Notes: generated from the sequence alone by a model not told the origin. Counted from the whole stretch's first letter, positions 25,445 to 38,770 are shown. The stretch: 63,861 bases of DNA, filler included, from Reticulomyxa filosa (GCA_000512085.1; 18 parts of 18 records of this genome joined end to end with filler, not necessarily neighbours in it), one strand, 5' to 3'. Program-made: numbers and translations.

Positions 25445-26805
25445 AATATTTTCATTTTGTTTGTGTTTCAAGTGGACTGCCAATGCGACCACTTTTGCCT
25501 TTTTTTTTTTTTTTTTTAATAAAAAAAAGGGATTTATTCAATTTAAAAAAAAGTTTTGCCAAGGGTACTATTTTTTTTTAAAAAAAACACCTTGTTTTGA
25601 GCATCGCTGATAGGAATAGGCTCCTTGACCATATCAAAGAGATCCTTTCGAAAAGCGATGAAAATTCCATCGTTTGGCAATTTAAAACCAGGTGGCAAGC
25701 TGTCCTTTCTTTCTGTCACCAGTTGTTCCATTATTTTCCGTGCCGGGGCCTTGTCCTTGATTTGCCACAGACAGTAGTACTTGTCTTCCAAATACTGTTT
25801 GAGAAAATCGGTTTGGTCACACTCTTGAATACAGACTATATCTGCATCTATCGTATGCAGCAGCTCGACAATCCTTAGTCCGCGATAGCACCACCTCAAG
25901 CAATTCTTGTCGATACCAATAAACTCCTTTCCACTATCTCCGGTAGCTAACACATGAGAGGACCGTTATTCAATGATAGATACATAATATACATGCACGC
26001 AAAAAAAATAAAAAAAAAAAAAAAACACACACACAAAAACAAAAAAAACATAAACCAAGGTAAAGTTTTCGCAAACGTGATCACTCACACATGCAACTTG
26101 TTACATTATGCATGTAATAATCTTACAAAAGCAAAAGTATACGTGACAACGGATATATACATACATGTCAGAAAAGAACAAGAACAAAGCTACACACATA
26201 CATACAAGAAAAAGTAACTGTAGGCACTGCACAAAGCATCGGCTAACATATTAAATTGCAAAAAGGAAACCATACTGTTTTCCTCTTTGACTTCTTCGGA
26301 AGAGGTCTTTTTGAACAATTGCGGAATGAGTGCAACATATTGGCTTTCAAATCTTTGAAAAGTTGTGATACACACAAATACAATTTGAAATGATAAATAT
26401 ATTTGTAATACATTTATATGTGTATATGTACATATATACACATATATGTATAAATGTAAATAATGAACAAACAAACATATGCACACACGTATACACATAT
26501 ATGTTGCTCAACTCTTTTTGCAATTCTTTCAAGTCTTGGTTTAAGTCGTAAGTGAGGTCAAAATAAACTTCTCCTGGCAATGGACCTTTATCTTTGCACG
26601 AATCCCTTACACGAATCCTAAATGTTAAAACTATTTTTTGTTGCCTGTCATTGGCACAAACTAACTCTTCATTGTATTCTGACCACTCTTCTTGCTTCGA
26701 AGAGTTCAATTTAACGACTGTTTCCGACCATTTCGTATTGTCGTGGTTATCCCCTTTTTGATACACCTCCAACTTCAACTTGGACACTGGACTGTCCTGG
26801 CTCAT
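25445..26805 (-). CDS. CCR4/nocturnin-family EEP phosphatase/deadenylase, N-terminal part, multi-exon
   Basis: SFLQFNMLADAL, LRWCYRGLRIVELL...ADIVCIQECD, PNDGIFIAFR and the downstream exon ALAVHLK. Confidence 0.75.
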
Positions 26806-27010
26806 CACATTGTTCCGTGAAGAGATGAGATGGACCGGAGTGAATGAATAATAGAGATGCAAAAAACAAAAAATGGACATACAAAATTGTATACGTTGTT
26901 TTTTTTTTTTNNNNNNNNNNNNNNNNNNNNNNNNNNNNNNNNNNNNNNNNNNNNTTAATTAATTAANNNNNNNNNNNNNNNNNNNNNNNNNNNNNNNNNN
27001 NNNNNNNNNN

Positions 27011-27734
27011 TACACATATACGTATATGTATTACACACTTTTTGCTCCTGTCCTCTTGAATGCATTGAATATGGTATAATTTGAGTTATTGACTCTTTAC
27101 TGGATACTGAAACGTTGTTAGCATACGTTTCCGGAAATTGTATGTCATATATTGTCACAACAGTGTTTGGTTCAGTGATAGAATAACAGCATTCAATTTC
27201 ATCACCTTCTTCTATTTCCAAATGTTTCCATTTTTCATCACTCAAGTGGATCGTTACTCGTATGTTGTTCTATTGTATTGACATGTGTTTTTATTTTTTA
27301 AAAAAAAGAATCAATTTTTTGTTTATAGTATACGTAGTAAGAATACCTTCAATGTCACATAGGCGCGGTTCGTTGTTTTTATTATTCTGGAAACCAGCAC
27401 AACTTCTTTGCTTTTACTTTTTTTTAAAATATTACTTGTTTTTTCATTGTTCAACTACTCAGTATCACATAATGCCTAGAACATACTTCTCAGGAATTGG
27501 AATGCTTGATTTTTTGGATATGTTCTTGATGGCATTGAACAATCTCTTTTTTGCTGCTGTTTGTAATTTCACTTTTTTTAACACATCTTCCCAGTCTGTT
27601 TCTGTTTGTTCGGCAACGTCCTCTACAGATTTACAGTCTTGATCATCACGAAGCACTTTGCACAATGCCTCTGCCTGTTCCTGTTTCATTTCAACAGGTG
27701 GATTTCTCAAGAAGGACAATATTTCGTCTTCCAT
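27011..27734 (-). CDS. Hypothetical protein with an N-terminal SAM-like helical domain, partial
   Basis: EILSFL...AEALCKVLRDDQDCKSVEDV...DWEDVLKKVKLQTAAKKRLFNAIK has SAM-like spacing. Further exons lie at 27245-27040. Confidence 0.4.
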
Positions 27735-28128
27735 GTCCACCAGATATGTAGAATAAAAAAAAATCTGTTTTGCAGAACTTTTCCTTTGCCCAGGTTTAGT
27801 CAAAAAAATTACAAGTTGTGCTTCAGATTTCTGTGAAATGCTATTATTTTAAATAAGCGCTTGTTTTTCTAACTGTTAAGACATAATATGCTATTGAATC
27901 ACTTGATCACAAGTTTCAAACACAGAAATTTGGACAAATCTTTCTCTTTAATAAAAGACATCCGAGATTATTCATAAAATTATTTCCATTGAAAATAATA
28001 AATGTGGATAAAAAAAATCACTTTACATTTTCTTTAATTGGTTGAATTACAAGCAAAAAGAATTCAATTCAAACAAAGTCTCAAATGATTATATTAGTTA
28101 TTTCTTGTAAAAAAAAAAAACAAAGACC

Positions 28129-29070
28129 TTATATAGATTTTCTTTGTTGAAAAATGATGTCATAATCAGTAGTGTCTTGACTTTCCACACAATACCATTC
28201 ACTACATTTTTTATTTCGAATTTCTGTCCTAATATCTTGTAACATTTGCTTGAATGGATATCCACTCTTATATTTTGATGTGACAACATCTTTCATGCAT
28301 TCACTTAACAATGATAAATCAGCTACTTGATGTCCTTTTGTAGTTGACCAAATCACTAAAAATCCGTCATCATTATGACCATAGGATAATTCACTTCCTC
28401 TTTTTATAATTTCATGAGTTTTTGGAATATCTCCACCACGACAAGCATCAATAATAAAAATTTTAGGAAAATCTTTGAATGATTCCATTTCATGACAATT
28501 GAATAATGAACGTATTTTATCGATTGATATAGATTTTCCATCACTTGTTATTAACATATTTCCAGTTTCTCCATGTCCACAAATAATAGTAATTAATCCA
28601 TCATATTGACAATCATTTTCATGAAGTTGATAATTTAATTTGGCTAAAAATTTTTGAATATCTTGTTTTGTCATTTTTGGAGATGGATTACATATAATTT
28701 CATAATTTAATTCTTTTTGAAATAATTGTTTAAAATTTTTAATATCATTTTTCACATTTACAAGATTTTTCCATGTATTATTATCATTATATTCACTAAT
28801 AGCAATTATTGTTTTTATTTTTCCAAATATTAATGATTGTGAAAATGGAGTCCAAATAATTTTATATGTAGGTTCATTATTTTCAAATACTCTCATAACA
28901 TCTTCATCTGTTTCAATAATATTATTCTTCATATCAATTAATTGTAATTTTACATTTTCTTTGTTAATTTTTTGGAAATGTTTTACTTCTAAACGACTAT
29001 AACATTGACGAAGAAGTTCTTCAAAAGTTAATGTTTTCATTTTTATTAATTCTTTTTTTCCATCATCCAT
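28129..29070 (-). CDS. Caspase-like peptidase C14 domain (C-terminal part of a Kelch-caspase locus)
   Basis: Catalytic His in DGLITIICGHG and catalytic Cys in FPKIFIIDACRG. GFLVIWSTTKG corresponds to the p10 D+L..YST..G strand. Confidence 0.85.
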   Translation of the reverse strand: MDDGKKELIKMKTLTFEELLRQCYSRLEVKHFQKINKENVKLQLIDMKNNIIETDEDVMRVFENNEPTYKIIWTPFSQSLIFGKIKTIIAISEYNDNNTWKNLVNVKNDIKNFKQLFQKELNYEIICNPSPKMTKQDIQKFLAKLNYQLHENDCQYDGLITIICGHGETGNMLITSDGKSISIDKIRSLFNCHEMESFKDFPKIFIIDACRGGDIPKTHEIIKRGSELSYGHNDDGFLVIWSTTKGHQVADLSLLSECMKDVVTSKYKSGYPFKQMLQDIRTEIRNKKCSEWYCVESQDTTDYDIIFQQRKSI

Positions 29071-29499
29071 TATTATATATGCAATTAACTATTATATATT
29101 TTTATTATTATATTTTGAATTAAAAAATAAAAGGATATAGTAATATATTAACATCATCTTCATTATTGTCTTGTTTATGTTTCTTTCCTATTGATTCTTC
29201 TCTTTTCCTTATATCCTATTTCAATTTATTTAATTTTCGTTATTGTATATCTTTATTTGTTAAAGAAAAGATCAAAACATCATCAGTGAAATGATTATCC
29301 AAATAGGATTCAATTGCAGCATAAATTGTAAATATATTTTCATTATTTAACCACGTTGTAATATCATTCGTTGATAATTGTCCAAATTTTGAAATGACTT
29401 TTTCGTTTTTTTCTTTCCATAATTTTATCTATTTTTCATTTATTGTATAAATATAAATTAACTAATCTTTATTATGAAATTCAATATTTTAACTTTTAC

Positions 29500-30624
29500 A
29501 TCATCTTTTTTTATTATTTTATCTATATCATCTTCATTCTCCTTTTTTTTTCTTCTTTTTCTTCTTCTTCTTCATCTTCTTCTTTTACTTTCAATTCAAT
29601 CATTTTTTTCATTTCTTCTTCACTTAACCATTCATTCACTTTCGTGTTCATATGTGTTGACATATGTTCTTTTCCATTCGTTCCTCCAATAATATACACA
29701 TACATATTTTCTTCATTCAATATTGCAATACAATTAGATAATGGATTGGGTAAAGTATTTTGAAATGTTATCCATTTATTTTCTTGAATTGAATATTTAT
29801 GCACTAATTTTGAAACACCCTTGGCCATATTACCATTCCATCCACCAAAGAATAAGATAATATCATTGATATAAATATATGCATAATATCTAAATTGTGC
29901 AATATTTTTAGAAAGACAGTTAATGAATGAAATTTAAAAATATTATTATTTTCATTATATTCAATTGATAATCCAGTTTTCCAACAAAATAATAACATTT
30001 TATATATTTTATTTTTTGTCTTTTCTGATTTTAATATAAAACAATGATAACATATTTTATTATAATTTTCAATTGGTAAGATATCATGTTTAATAAATTG
30101 AAATGTATTCAAATTAAATACACTAATATTATTCATAGGATAAGTAATAAATAATAAATTATTATTACTTCCACTAATTAATGCACGCACTCCAATATAA
30201 TTATTTTCTTCTTTTCCAATGTGAATTGGACGATTATAATTATCTATAAAAGGAGACCATTGATTATATTTGTTTGATTTTTTAATTTATTTATTTTATT
30301 ATCATTATCATTATCATTTTCATTACTCCAAACACTAATATATTTCATTACTAATGCATGTTTTTCTTTTCCACCAAAAGACAATAAAGTAATTTCATTA
30401 TCATCTTTGTTATTTATAAGTTTCACTACACAGAATCCATCTAATACGACATAACTAGGATACTTACAGATAAATTTGTATTCATTTTTGATTATATGAT
30501 AAGAATAACAACTTCTTTGTTTGTAACCTCCACAAATGAGGAGTTCATGCTTGTATAGCACACATTGAGAGTCAGTAAGTGGAGTAGGCAATTTCTTTAA
30601 ACATTGAAAGGCTTGTTTACTCAT
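29500..30624 (-). pseudogene. Kelch-like beta-propeller gene of an expanded family, with three frameshifts
   Basis: LKKLPTPLTDSQCVLYKHELLICGG...CYSYH, VRALISGSNNNLLFITY, ILFFGGW, HKYSIQENKW...LPNPL and YIIGG are spread over ORFs 30244-30672, 29804-30190 and 29523-29828. The shifts fall in or near homopolymer runs. Confidence 0.7.
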
Positions 30625-31599
30625 GTTTAATGTCTTTTTAAAAACCCTTTTTTTTTTTTTTGAGCAAAACACTGGAAAACGATCAACAATATTTGAATTT
30701 TAAAAAATTTTTTGTAGATTCTTGCAAATAACGAATGAGATTGTCAATTTTTATATGCAAAGTGGATTACACATCTTGTAGATCGGATGCAAAGAGCAAT
30801 TTACAGCAAAGCACATGTACTATGAAGGAAAAAAAGTCGAAACAAGCAGAATTAAGAAAACGAACACAGACGTAGCAATACAAATTGTTTTGCGATCCAA
30901 AGAGATTTGTTAAATGCTGATAGGAAAGCATTAACTTTATGAAAAGAGAGCAACTCTGAGAAGAAATATTTCGATTTGCTAATTTGTTTTCGGCACATTA
31001 AAAATGAATGATCATCTTTGCATTTATTCAAAAAAAGGCAATAATTTTCAGTGATTTTTTAATCTTCTAGTTTTCTTCAGTTCAAATATAGCTGCAACTA
31101 TCCAGTAAACATGAGATGAAAAAACAAGTGAAGGATTGTTTTTCTTTGGTCAAAATCAATATTTAAAATTCAAATGCAACAATGCCAAACAATTAATTAT
31201 GTGCAATGTTCATTATGTACACAAAAACCTAGTTTTACGTTCACGTTTTTTTGCATTTTTGCAGACGAATACATTGGAGAAGGGGCTGCTTGAGAGTGAG
31301 TTCCATGTTGCGAAAGCTTGGCTTGTTAGATTATTGAAGAAAGAAGAACCAAACCACATTTGCAGAAACAGCACTTTTTTAAAAAAGGATAACTTTTTCA
31401 CTTTCAGAGAAAAAAAAATATTTAAAAAAAAAAAGTGAACAATATTACAGTAAATATTCATTTCAAAAGACACTTATACTTTTCAATTATGTGTCACTAN
31501 NNNNNNNNNNNNNNNNNNNNNNNNNNNNNNNNNNNNNNNNNNNTTAATTAATTAANNNNNNNNNNNNNNNNNNNNNNNNNNNNNNNNNNNNNNNNNNNN

Positions 31600-32895
31600 A
31601 AAAAAAAACGAAACGTTTGTAAAGGCCATGCTCCATCCTTATTTTCTTGGATGGGTGGTAGCACGTGCAACCCTTTTTCAGGATTGGGATTATTGGAGAC
31701 GACTTCAATGACAGAGTTGGGTGCCTTACTAGATAGTGTGGCCTCGCTGGAGTCTTGTTGGGTCCTTTCGACATGGATGACATTGTCTTCAAACTGTTGT
31801 TGTGACTTGAGGAATTCCAAGACAATGGACTGCATCGACTTGGTGGACTCTTTGTTTCGTTGTCTGAACACAATCCATTGAATCAACGAAAAATTGAGTT
31901 TTTGCCGGTAAAGCGGATAATAAGTGATAAACAAAATGGTGGCCGTCCATAGTGTCGGGAATATTATGCTTGTTATTGCTACAAACATAAATTCAGTGGT
32001 GATGTGAGCGGAATACAAAAACGAATTGGATCCAAATAACACGACCAACAGACCACCACATATGAATGACTTTACAAAATCGCGACGGATCTTGTAGTAG
32101 TCGTTAAAATTTATCCGCCATTTCGCCAATATCGGCACAAACACAAGTAGTTTCACTAAATAGCATAATCCATCAGTAAAGAACCAAATCTCTGAATATA
32201 TGTTCATTTTTATAAATATACGTATACTGTAATTAATTTTTTTATTTGTATGTGTTCATTGTTCGTACATGCACACGTAAATAAAACAAAACAAACAAAA
32301 AAAAAAAAGGTTTTTCCTTTTGTTTTTTTTTTGTTTTTTTTTGTGACAAGAACTGCTTTCCACGCCAAAAAAAAAAACAAAGTAACAATACTACTGTTTC
32401 GATAACGAATATTGGAAGCCACACGTGGTTCAACATCCAGTGTTCGTTTCCGTAACGTAGACGATTCTCGCTTTGCAAGTACCAACTATTTTCTGCTACC
32501 AGGTTTTGTGAGTACAATTTGTTCAGATTAAACATCCATTGCTTCAGTGATTGCACCTCGGCTGCTCGCAAGTTAAAGTATACCAACCATGCCACATTCA
32601 ACCACAATATTATCATGCCGTGCAGCAAAAATGGGTATAACACATAGGCTATTTTAAGTAATAGCTTGTCGCCGTACAGTAATGATACGCAGCGAATCGG
32701 GGTAAAGATTGAAAGATAGACGCAAGTCAACACCACTGCTGACAGTATCGTTCGGACGGGTCTGATCCGGATGGAAGGATCACATCGAACGAGATAAAAC
32801 TTATACCCTGCTATTGCTACTACAAATGACTCAATGATGCCTACAAGAACAATGGTTATCAAGAGCACGATTGATTTTAGATTTAACACTAACAT
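31600..32895 (-). CDS. Seven-TM GPCR-like protein (possibly 7TM-RGS type), 3'-truncated, 2+ exons
   Basis: About seven hydrophobic segments, R.DPSIRIRP after TM1 and DYYKIRRDF before TM6, followed by a cytosolic tail. No RGS box is visible before the contig end. Confidence 0.55.
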
Positions 32896-33098
32896 TCTTG
32901 CCCTTTTCGAATTCCTCAGGGACTGAGCAAATTCTGCACATATACCGTTGCAAACGTCTCTTCAAATACTTTTAATAATTTTTTGCTTTGTTATATATTG
33001 GTTCTGAATTTGACTTTCTTATGCTTTGGATTATCTGAGCGTATTTGTAGTTTATATTTTTTAACAAACTCAAAAAAAAAGGGGAAAAAACGACAACG

Positions 33099-34559
33099 AT
33101 GACCAACAAAAGTGGTCGTTATATGAACATATTGTTTACATTGCTTTTTTCTTTCTCTATTTGTGTCGCAGCAAAGTCACTAAATGCCTCTGCGCAACAC
33201 GTTCTTGTCATTGGTGTCGACGGGTTGGGAGGGATGTACTTGGAAAATGCAACATCCTTTTTGCCAAACTTTAATCAAGTTAGCTTTTATCCGCAAACGA
33301 AGAAGAACACATATGCACACGGGCTTGTATACGTGTTTTTGGCCCGCAAAATCGACAAAATGAATCAGAACGGCACATTTTTTTTTGTACCAAAGGAAAG
33401 ATACCCAAAAAAATTCGTACATAAACACTTACAAAAAAAAATAGTTAATATTGGAAGGGTCGTTTACCTTTCAAGCTCGCAATGTATACCCAGCAGGTGA
33501 ACATAACTTTTTTCTTCTAAACTAAAAAAGTTTTTTTTATGTACATGTCCGATGAAATTTAATTCTCTAAAAAAAAACACGTGTACGTCACGTCTAGTCT
33601 CGGCACCTAACTGGTGTGCGATAATAACGGGTTTAACTCCGCCACAAAGTGGCGTTGTGAGCAATTCGTGGGTTCCAGCAGATGACAACCCAGCCAACGC
33701 CACGGAATTGGCATTGCCACCAATCAACGGTGCAGGGCAGCTGCCACAAACAATGTGGGATGTGGCCAAACAAGCAACAGATAGTTAATAATTTTTATGA
33801 ACTAATCCACCTTTTTTTTTTTCAAAGGAGTAAATAAGTTATGCTTATGTATTAGCTGTTGTATCAAATAAAAACCTACGTATACGTTGTTTGTATATAA
33901 CTTTTTTTGCGACGGGGGGGGGGGAAAAAAAAAGGAAGAAATTGTGATTGCCGCATCAGTGAGCTGGGATTGGATTGGTTATTTGTTCTCAAATGACGTT
34001 GACTATAGTTTTCTTGGAAATGACAACGACACAGCAGTGGCCTTGACAATGTCGGATTTCATTGTTTCCTTTAAGCCAGATTTGATGTTTGTACACCTTA
34101 ATCAGGTGGATGAAGCAGGCCACAATACTTATTGGGGCTCTCCATTCTATTATCAGGCAGTCAGTAATGTAGATAACCTGATTGGTGTTTTACTTAATGC
34201 CTTAAAAGAAGCCAATATCTTTGATGAAACTCAGATTCTTATCACAGGTTTATTTTTTATTTTTTTATTTTTTTATTTTTTTAAGTTTTAAGTGGAATCT
34301 GTATGATAATGCAATGTACGTTCCCATTTTGTGGTTGTTGTCGGAAATAGCTGATCATGGAGGATGGGGAAACACCCATGGCCAATTTAATGAATGTAAT
34401 ATGTACATTCCCGTCATTTTTAGTGGCCCAGGCATTATCAAAAATAATTCGTTGACAAACTACGTTGAAAATGTTGATTTGGCTCCAACTGTTTTGAATT
34501 CTCTTGGGATCAAGTTGGAACCGAAAGGGTTTGAATTCCGGGTTTTTAAAAACCCGGAA
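33099..34559 (+). CDS. Secreted alkaline-phosphatase-superfamily (nucleotide pyrophosphatase/phosphodiesterase-like) enzyme, multi-exon
   Basis: Signal peptide, HVLVIGVDGLG, VSAPNWCAIITG (nucleophile Ser), FVHLNQVDEAGH, ITADHGG, THG and VDLAPTV. Confidence 0.85.
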
Positions 34560-35287
34560 NNNNNNNNNNNNNNNNNNNNNNNNNNNNNNNNNNNNNNNNN
34601 NNNTTAATTAATTAANNNNNNNNNNNNNNNNNNNNNNNNNNNNNNNNNNNNNNNNNNNNTTTTTTTTTTTTTTATTTGAACTTTGTTTTTTTTTCCCCCT
34701 CTCAAAACTCGTTGCAACATGTAGTTTAAGATGAGGTTTACAAAAATTGAAAACGTGCATGTTTTTTAACTTTTTGTTATTACTAATCATAAATAACATT
34801 TTTACATTAAAAATCTTAATTCTATATACATAATACATTTAATAATGATCTCGGAATATTAGAAATGGTAGCAAATCCAAACTACATGAGCACTCGTTGA
34901 GAATGTATGTATTGCATTAAGTTGTTTTTCGTTTGACTTGTGAAGAGTGAGCGTGAAAAAAAGAGCCCAAAAATTGAAAAATAAGAATACTGATAATAAT
35001 GATAATAATGCTAATTAGTTATTATTGTCTACGCTTCATTCCTGTTGAAGGTGATTTGTATTTTTTTAATCTTATTTTTCAATCGCTGTATGCTGATAAT
35101 ATTAATACTAAATTAATACTACAAGTATTGAGAGTCAATATAAAGCAACAATCAGCATAGTTAAAAGTATAGAACTAAAATAAAACGCTCAAATCAAGAA
35201 AGATGATTTTTGGAAGAATAATGCAGTATTTTGTTACATGCAGCTAAGGTTTGAAGGATTCGAAAGCGAGCGAACCTAAAAAGTTGA

Positions 35288-35910
35288 TGAATGAATGCAG
35301 CCAAGTGGGGATTTTCAACTCTTGGCAGGCACGTTACTGCTGGCATGGGTAGTAATTCTTGTACCTCTCGTGACCTATTATTTGTATCAATATTATAAAT
35401 GCCGAAGACATCCAGCTATTCGAAAAAGCACTCGTATATCGTTATCCTTATCAATATAATGACCCTTGTGTACTTGCTGATCGGCAAGATATTTGACATC
35501 GGGACGCAGATTTTCACTGGCAGTGGACACATGACTGTGTCATATTACGAGACGATAATCAGCAACTGTTGTCTATTGGGTGTTTTTTACTTGTATGCGC
35601 TGCGTACTTATCTCATTTGCTACGATATGCATTACATTGCCAAATCAAGTTTGTTTGTGATTCTCATAACAATCCCTCTTTCCCCTTTTTTTTTTTTTTT
35701 TGCCTCTGTTCTTTTTCTTGTCTTTCTCTTAAGATGCTTGTGTTTATGTGTGTATTTGATCATCGAAGGCTCGCAAGAGTGGGCAGTGAAGATCAACCCA
35801 GAAGCATACAAAGGAAGCTGGTATTTGAACAACAAGAAAACATACGGAAATCCACGATACATGTGTCGCTTTGTCGCTCCGCTTTACTTGATTTCATTCG
35901 CTGCTTCTAC
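35288..35910 (+). CDS. Seven-TM protein of the same family as 31600-32895, partial and frameshifted
   Basis: YQYYKCRRHPAIRK.H after TM1, and YLICYDMHY...QEWAVKINP....SWYLNNKKTYGN, which parallels WLVYFNL...KQWMFNLN....NSWYLQSENRLRYGN in the other copy. Confidence 0.55.
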
Positions 35911-36003
35911 GTAAGTCTTTTTTTTTTTTTTTTTTTTTGCAATGGCCACATGCACAGTATATACATATATATGTATACGTATACAAGCAGGGTACGCCTC
36001 CTC

Positions 36004-36039
<36 letters not shown>

Positions 36040-36329
36040 AAANNNNNNNNNNNNNNNNNNNNNNNNNNNNNNNNNNNNNNNNNNNNTTAATTAATTAANN
36101 NNNNNNNNNNNNNNNNNNNNNNNNNNNNNNNNNNNNNNNNNNATTTGAAAAAATGTTGATTTCATCCAACAAAAAAAAAAGTTATTTAAAAACTACAATA
36201 CTTATAGATATTTTTTAAAAAAAAGTTAGGTCTGAATGTTGATTTTTCATTGAGAAAATCAATTATCATCATAAGATATCGTTTTATGCGTTCAGTTTTC
36301 TTTGCAACATACTGTACAAATGCCAATAT

Positions 36330-36760
36330 TATGTTCTTCAAATATTTGTAATTGTTTATTATCTTTAACATCCCAAAAACGAATTGTTTTATCATTTGAT
36401 GAAGAACAAATAACATTACGATTATTATTATAATGATAATATTGTGAAAATTTTACACAATATATATAACTTGAATGTCCATTAAATAATCTAATTTGTT
36501 TATTATTATTTATATTTCATACACGAACTGTTTTATCATTTGATCCAGAACAAGTTAATTGATTATTATCAAATATTGAATAATCAATACTATATATATA
36601 TTATCGGTATGTCCATTTAATGTTTTAATTAATGTTGAGCATTATAATGATCTTTGCCTATATTAAATTAAATTAAAAAAAACATAACATAATTGACAAT
36701 AAATTTGTAAAAATCATTGATCCATCCTAATTTAATATTTAATCACCAAATAAATATAAT
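36330..36760 (-). pseudogene. Truncated, AT-eroded copy of the expanded WD40 family
   Basis: Aligns by eye to 39540-39990 (IKLGWI..F.KF, SIDYS, CSGSNDKTVRV, CVKFSQY, NVICSSSNDKTIRFWD) but carries indels and ends after about two repeats. Confidence 0.75.
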
Positions 36761-37000
36761 CAAAGGATAAAAGACAAGAAATTTGAGGAAACTTACTAAT
36801 GCTGATTGAGCTCGTTTTTTATTATTGAAAAAATTTGAGCTCAAGAAAAGTGGAAGGGTGTGCTGTTAAAAATAATTTAAAATGAAATTTCAATTTGACA
36901 TATGTATGATACTTTTCTAAATGAAAAATAAACAATTAATGTGCACGTGTACACACTATTTTCAAGAAAAACCCTTTTTTCTTACACTCAAATTAAGTCC

Positions 37001-38212
37001 ATGGAAGGAGAAACTCTTGTAAATCAATGTACATTATCAGGTCACACTAGTTGGATAACGAGCATTGCGGTAGCACCTGATAATAACACAGTACTAACAG
37101 GAGGTCGAGATAAAACAATTGCCGTATGGAAACTGTCAAGAGGAGAAAAAAAAAACGCAAAAATTGAAGGCACTTTAATGAAAAGATTGATTGGTCACAA
37201 TCATATTGTTAGTGCCATTGACATATCCGTTGATGGTTTAAACGTATTATCATCCTCATGGGATGGGACAATACGGTATTTTTTTTTTTTTTTAAAAAAT
37301 TTAATAATATATAACATTTTTTTATTTTCTTACAACAGATTATGGGACTTGCAAACTGGTGATTGTTGTCGTTTATTCAAAGGCCATAAACAAGAGGTTA
37401 TGTCTTGTGCATTTAGTGTAGATAATCAGTATGTGGTCTCTGGTTCAATGGACAAATCGATTCGCATTTGGAATATGTTAAGACAAGAAAATTATATATA
37501 TTTTTTTTTTTTTGTTTTAAAAAAAATATACATATATTTTGTTTTAATTGAAACATTGTTAGAAAAGGAAAAATGCTAAATTCATTGGAAGGAAATGATG
37601 GTCATCGAGATTGGATAAACTGTGTGCGATTTTCGCCAGATGAAAAAGATCAATTAATGTTGAGCTGTGGTCGAGACAAGATTGTAAAGGTGTGGGATTT
37701 GAAAAACAATATTGGCATTTTGAAATATACTTTAATTGGACACACCAATTGTGTTAACAGTGTAATCGTATCTCCTGATGGATCTTTATGTGCTAGTGGT
37801 GGAAAAGATGGAGTCATTATGTTTTGGGATCTTCTTAATGGAAAGAAATTGGCCAGTATTAAAGCTGATGGTGAAATTAATGATTTATGCTTTTCACCTA
37901 ATCGATATTGGTATATTACTTTTTGTATTTATATGTAATTATGTAATAATAATAAATAACAATATTTGATAAAAAATTAAAAGGATATGTAGTGCTGTTG
38001 GATCATCAATAAAGATATGGGATTTGGAGACAAAGGAGATAATTGGATTAATTAAAAATCTTGAAGAAATAAAACATGATCAAGAAGAAAAAAAAGGAAA
38101 GAAAAAACATCCATTACCAATTTTGTGTACCTCTTTGAAATGGTCTCATGATGGAAAAACTCTCTTTGGTGGATACTCAAATGGAAAAATTCGCATTTGG
38201 TCTTTCGTTTGA
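37001..38212 (+). CDS. RACK1: RACK1-like WD40 protein (divergent), 4 exons
   Basis: TLSGHTSWITSIA, RDKTI..W.L, GHNHIVS...S.DG...LSSSWDGTIRLWDL, GHRDWINCVRFSP, VSPDGSLCASGGKDG, LCFSPNRYW and CTSLKWSHDGKTLFGGYS..KIRIW are RACK1-specific. Confidence 0.85.
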
Positions 38213-38770
38213 ATAAAAATTAAACAAAGAATTTAAATAATCGATTTCCCTTAAGTTGAATTTAATCCAAAAAAAAAAAAAAATAACTTGTTTGATCTAA
38301 TTGAAAGAACAAATCTTAAAAAAATTTTTGCAATCTTTCATACATTTTTTTCTCCAAAAATATATATTCAATATTATTTCATCAAAATACGGGATTATCA
38401 ATTAAATATGCCTGTTTGTTATGTATGATATTTCATCATTTAATAATTATGCATGCACGCTTTATTAGATAGTAAAATAATTGTCATTATCTGATAAAAA
38501 TTCAAAGGACATTCAGTAATAAATTTACTATCAGAAGAAAATTTTGCAAAATTCGAACCATGAATAATTAATATCATAACCACAATTATTATTGAAATTT
38601 TTCTTTTACACAAACAAAAAAAATCAACATTTCACTCAAATCTCTCGAAAAACTTAAACGAAAACAGTTTGAGGATGATCAGCAATATTCCAATTTTGGA
38701 GAAGAAAAATTTAATTAAAAAAAATACATCAGTTAAACTCATTTTTTAAAACAACCAGCAAAAAAATGTA

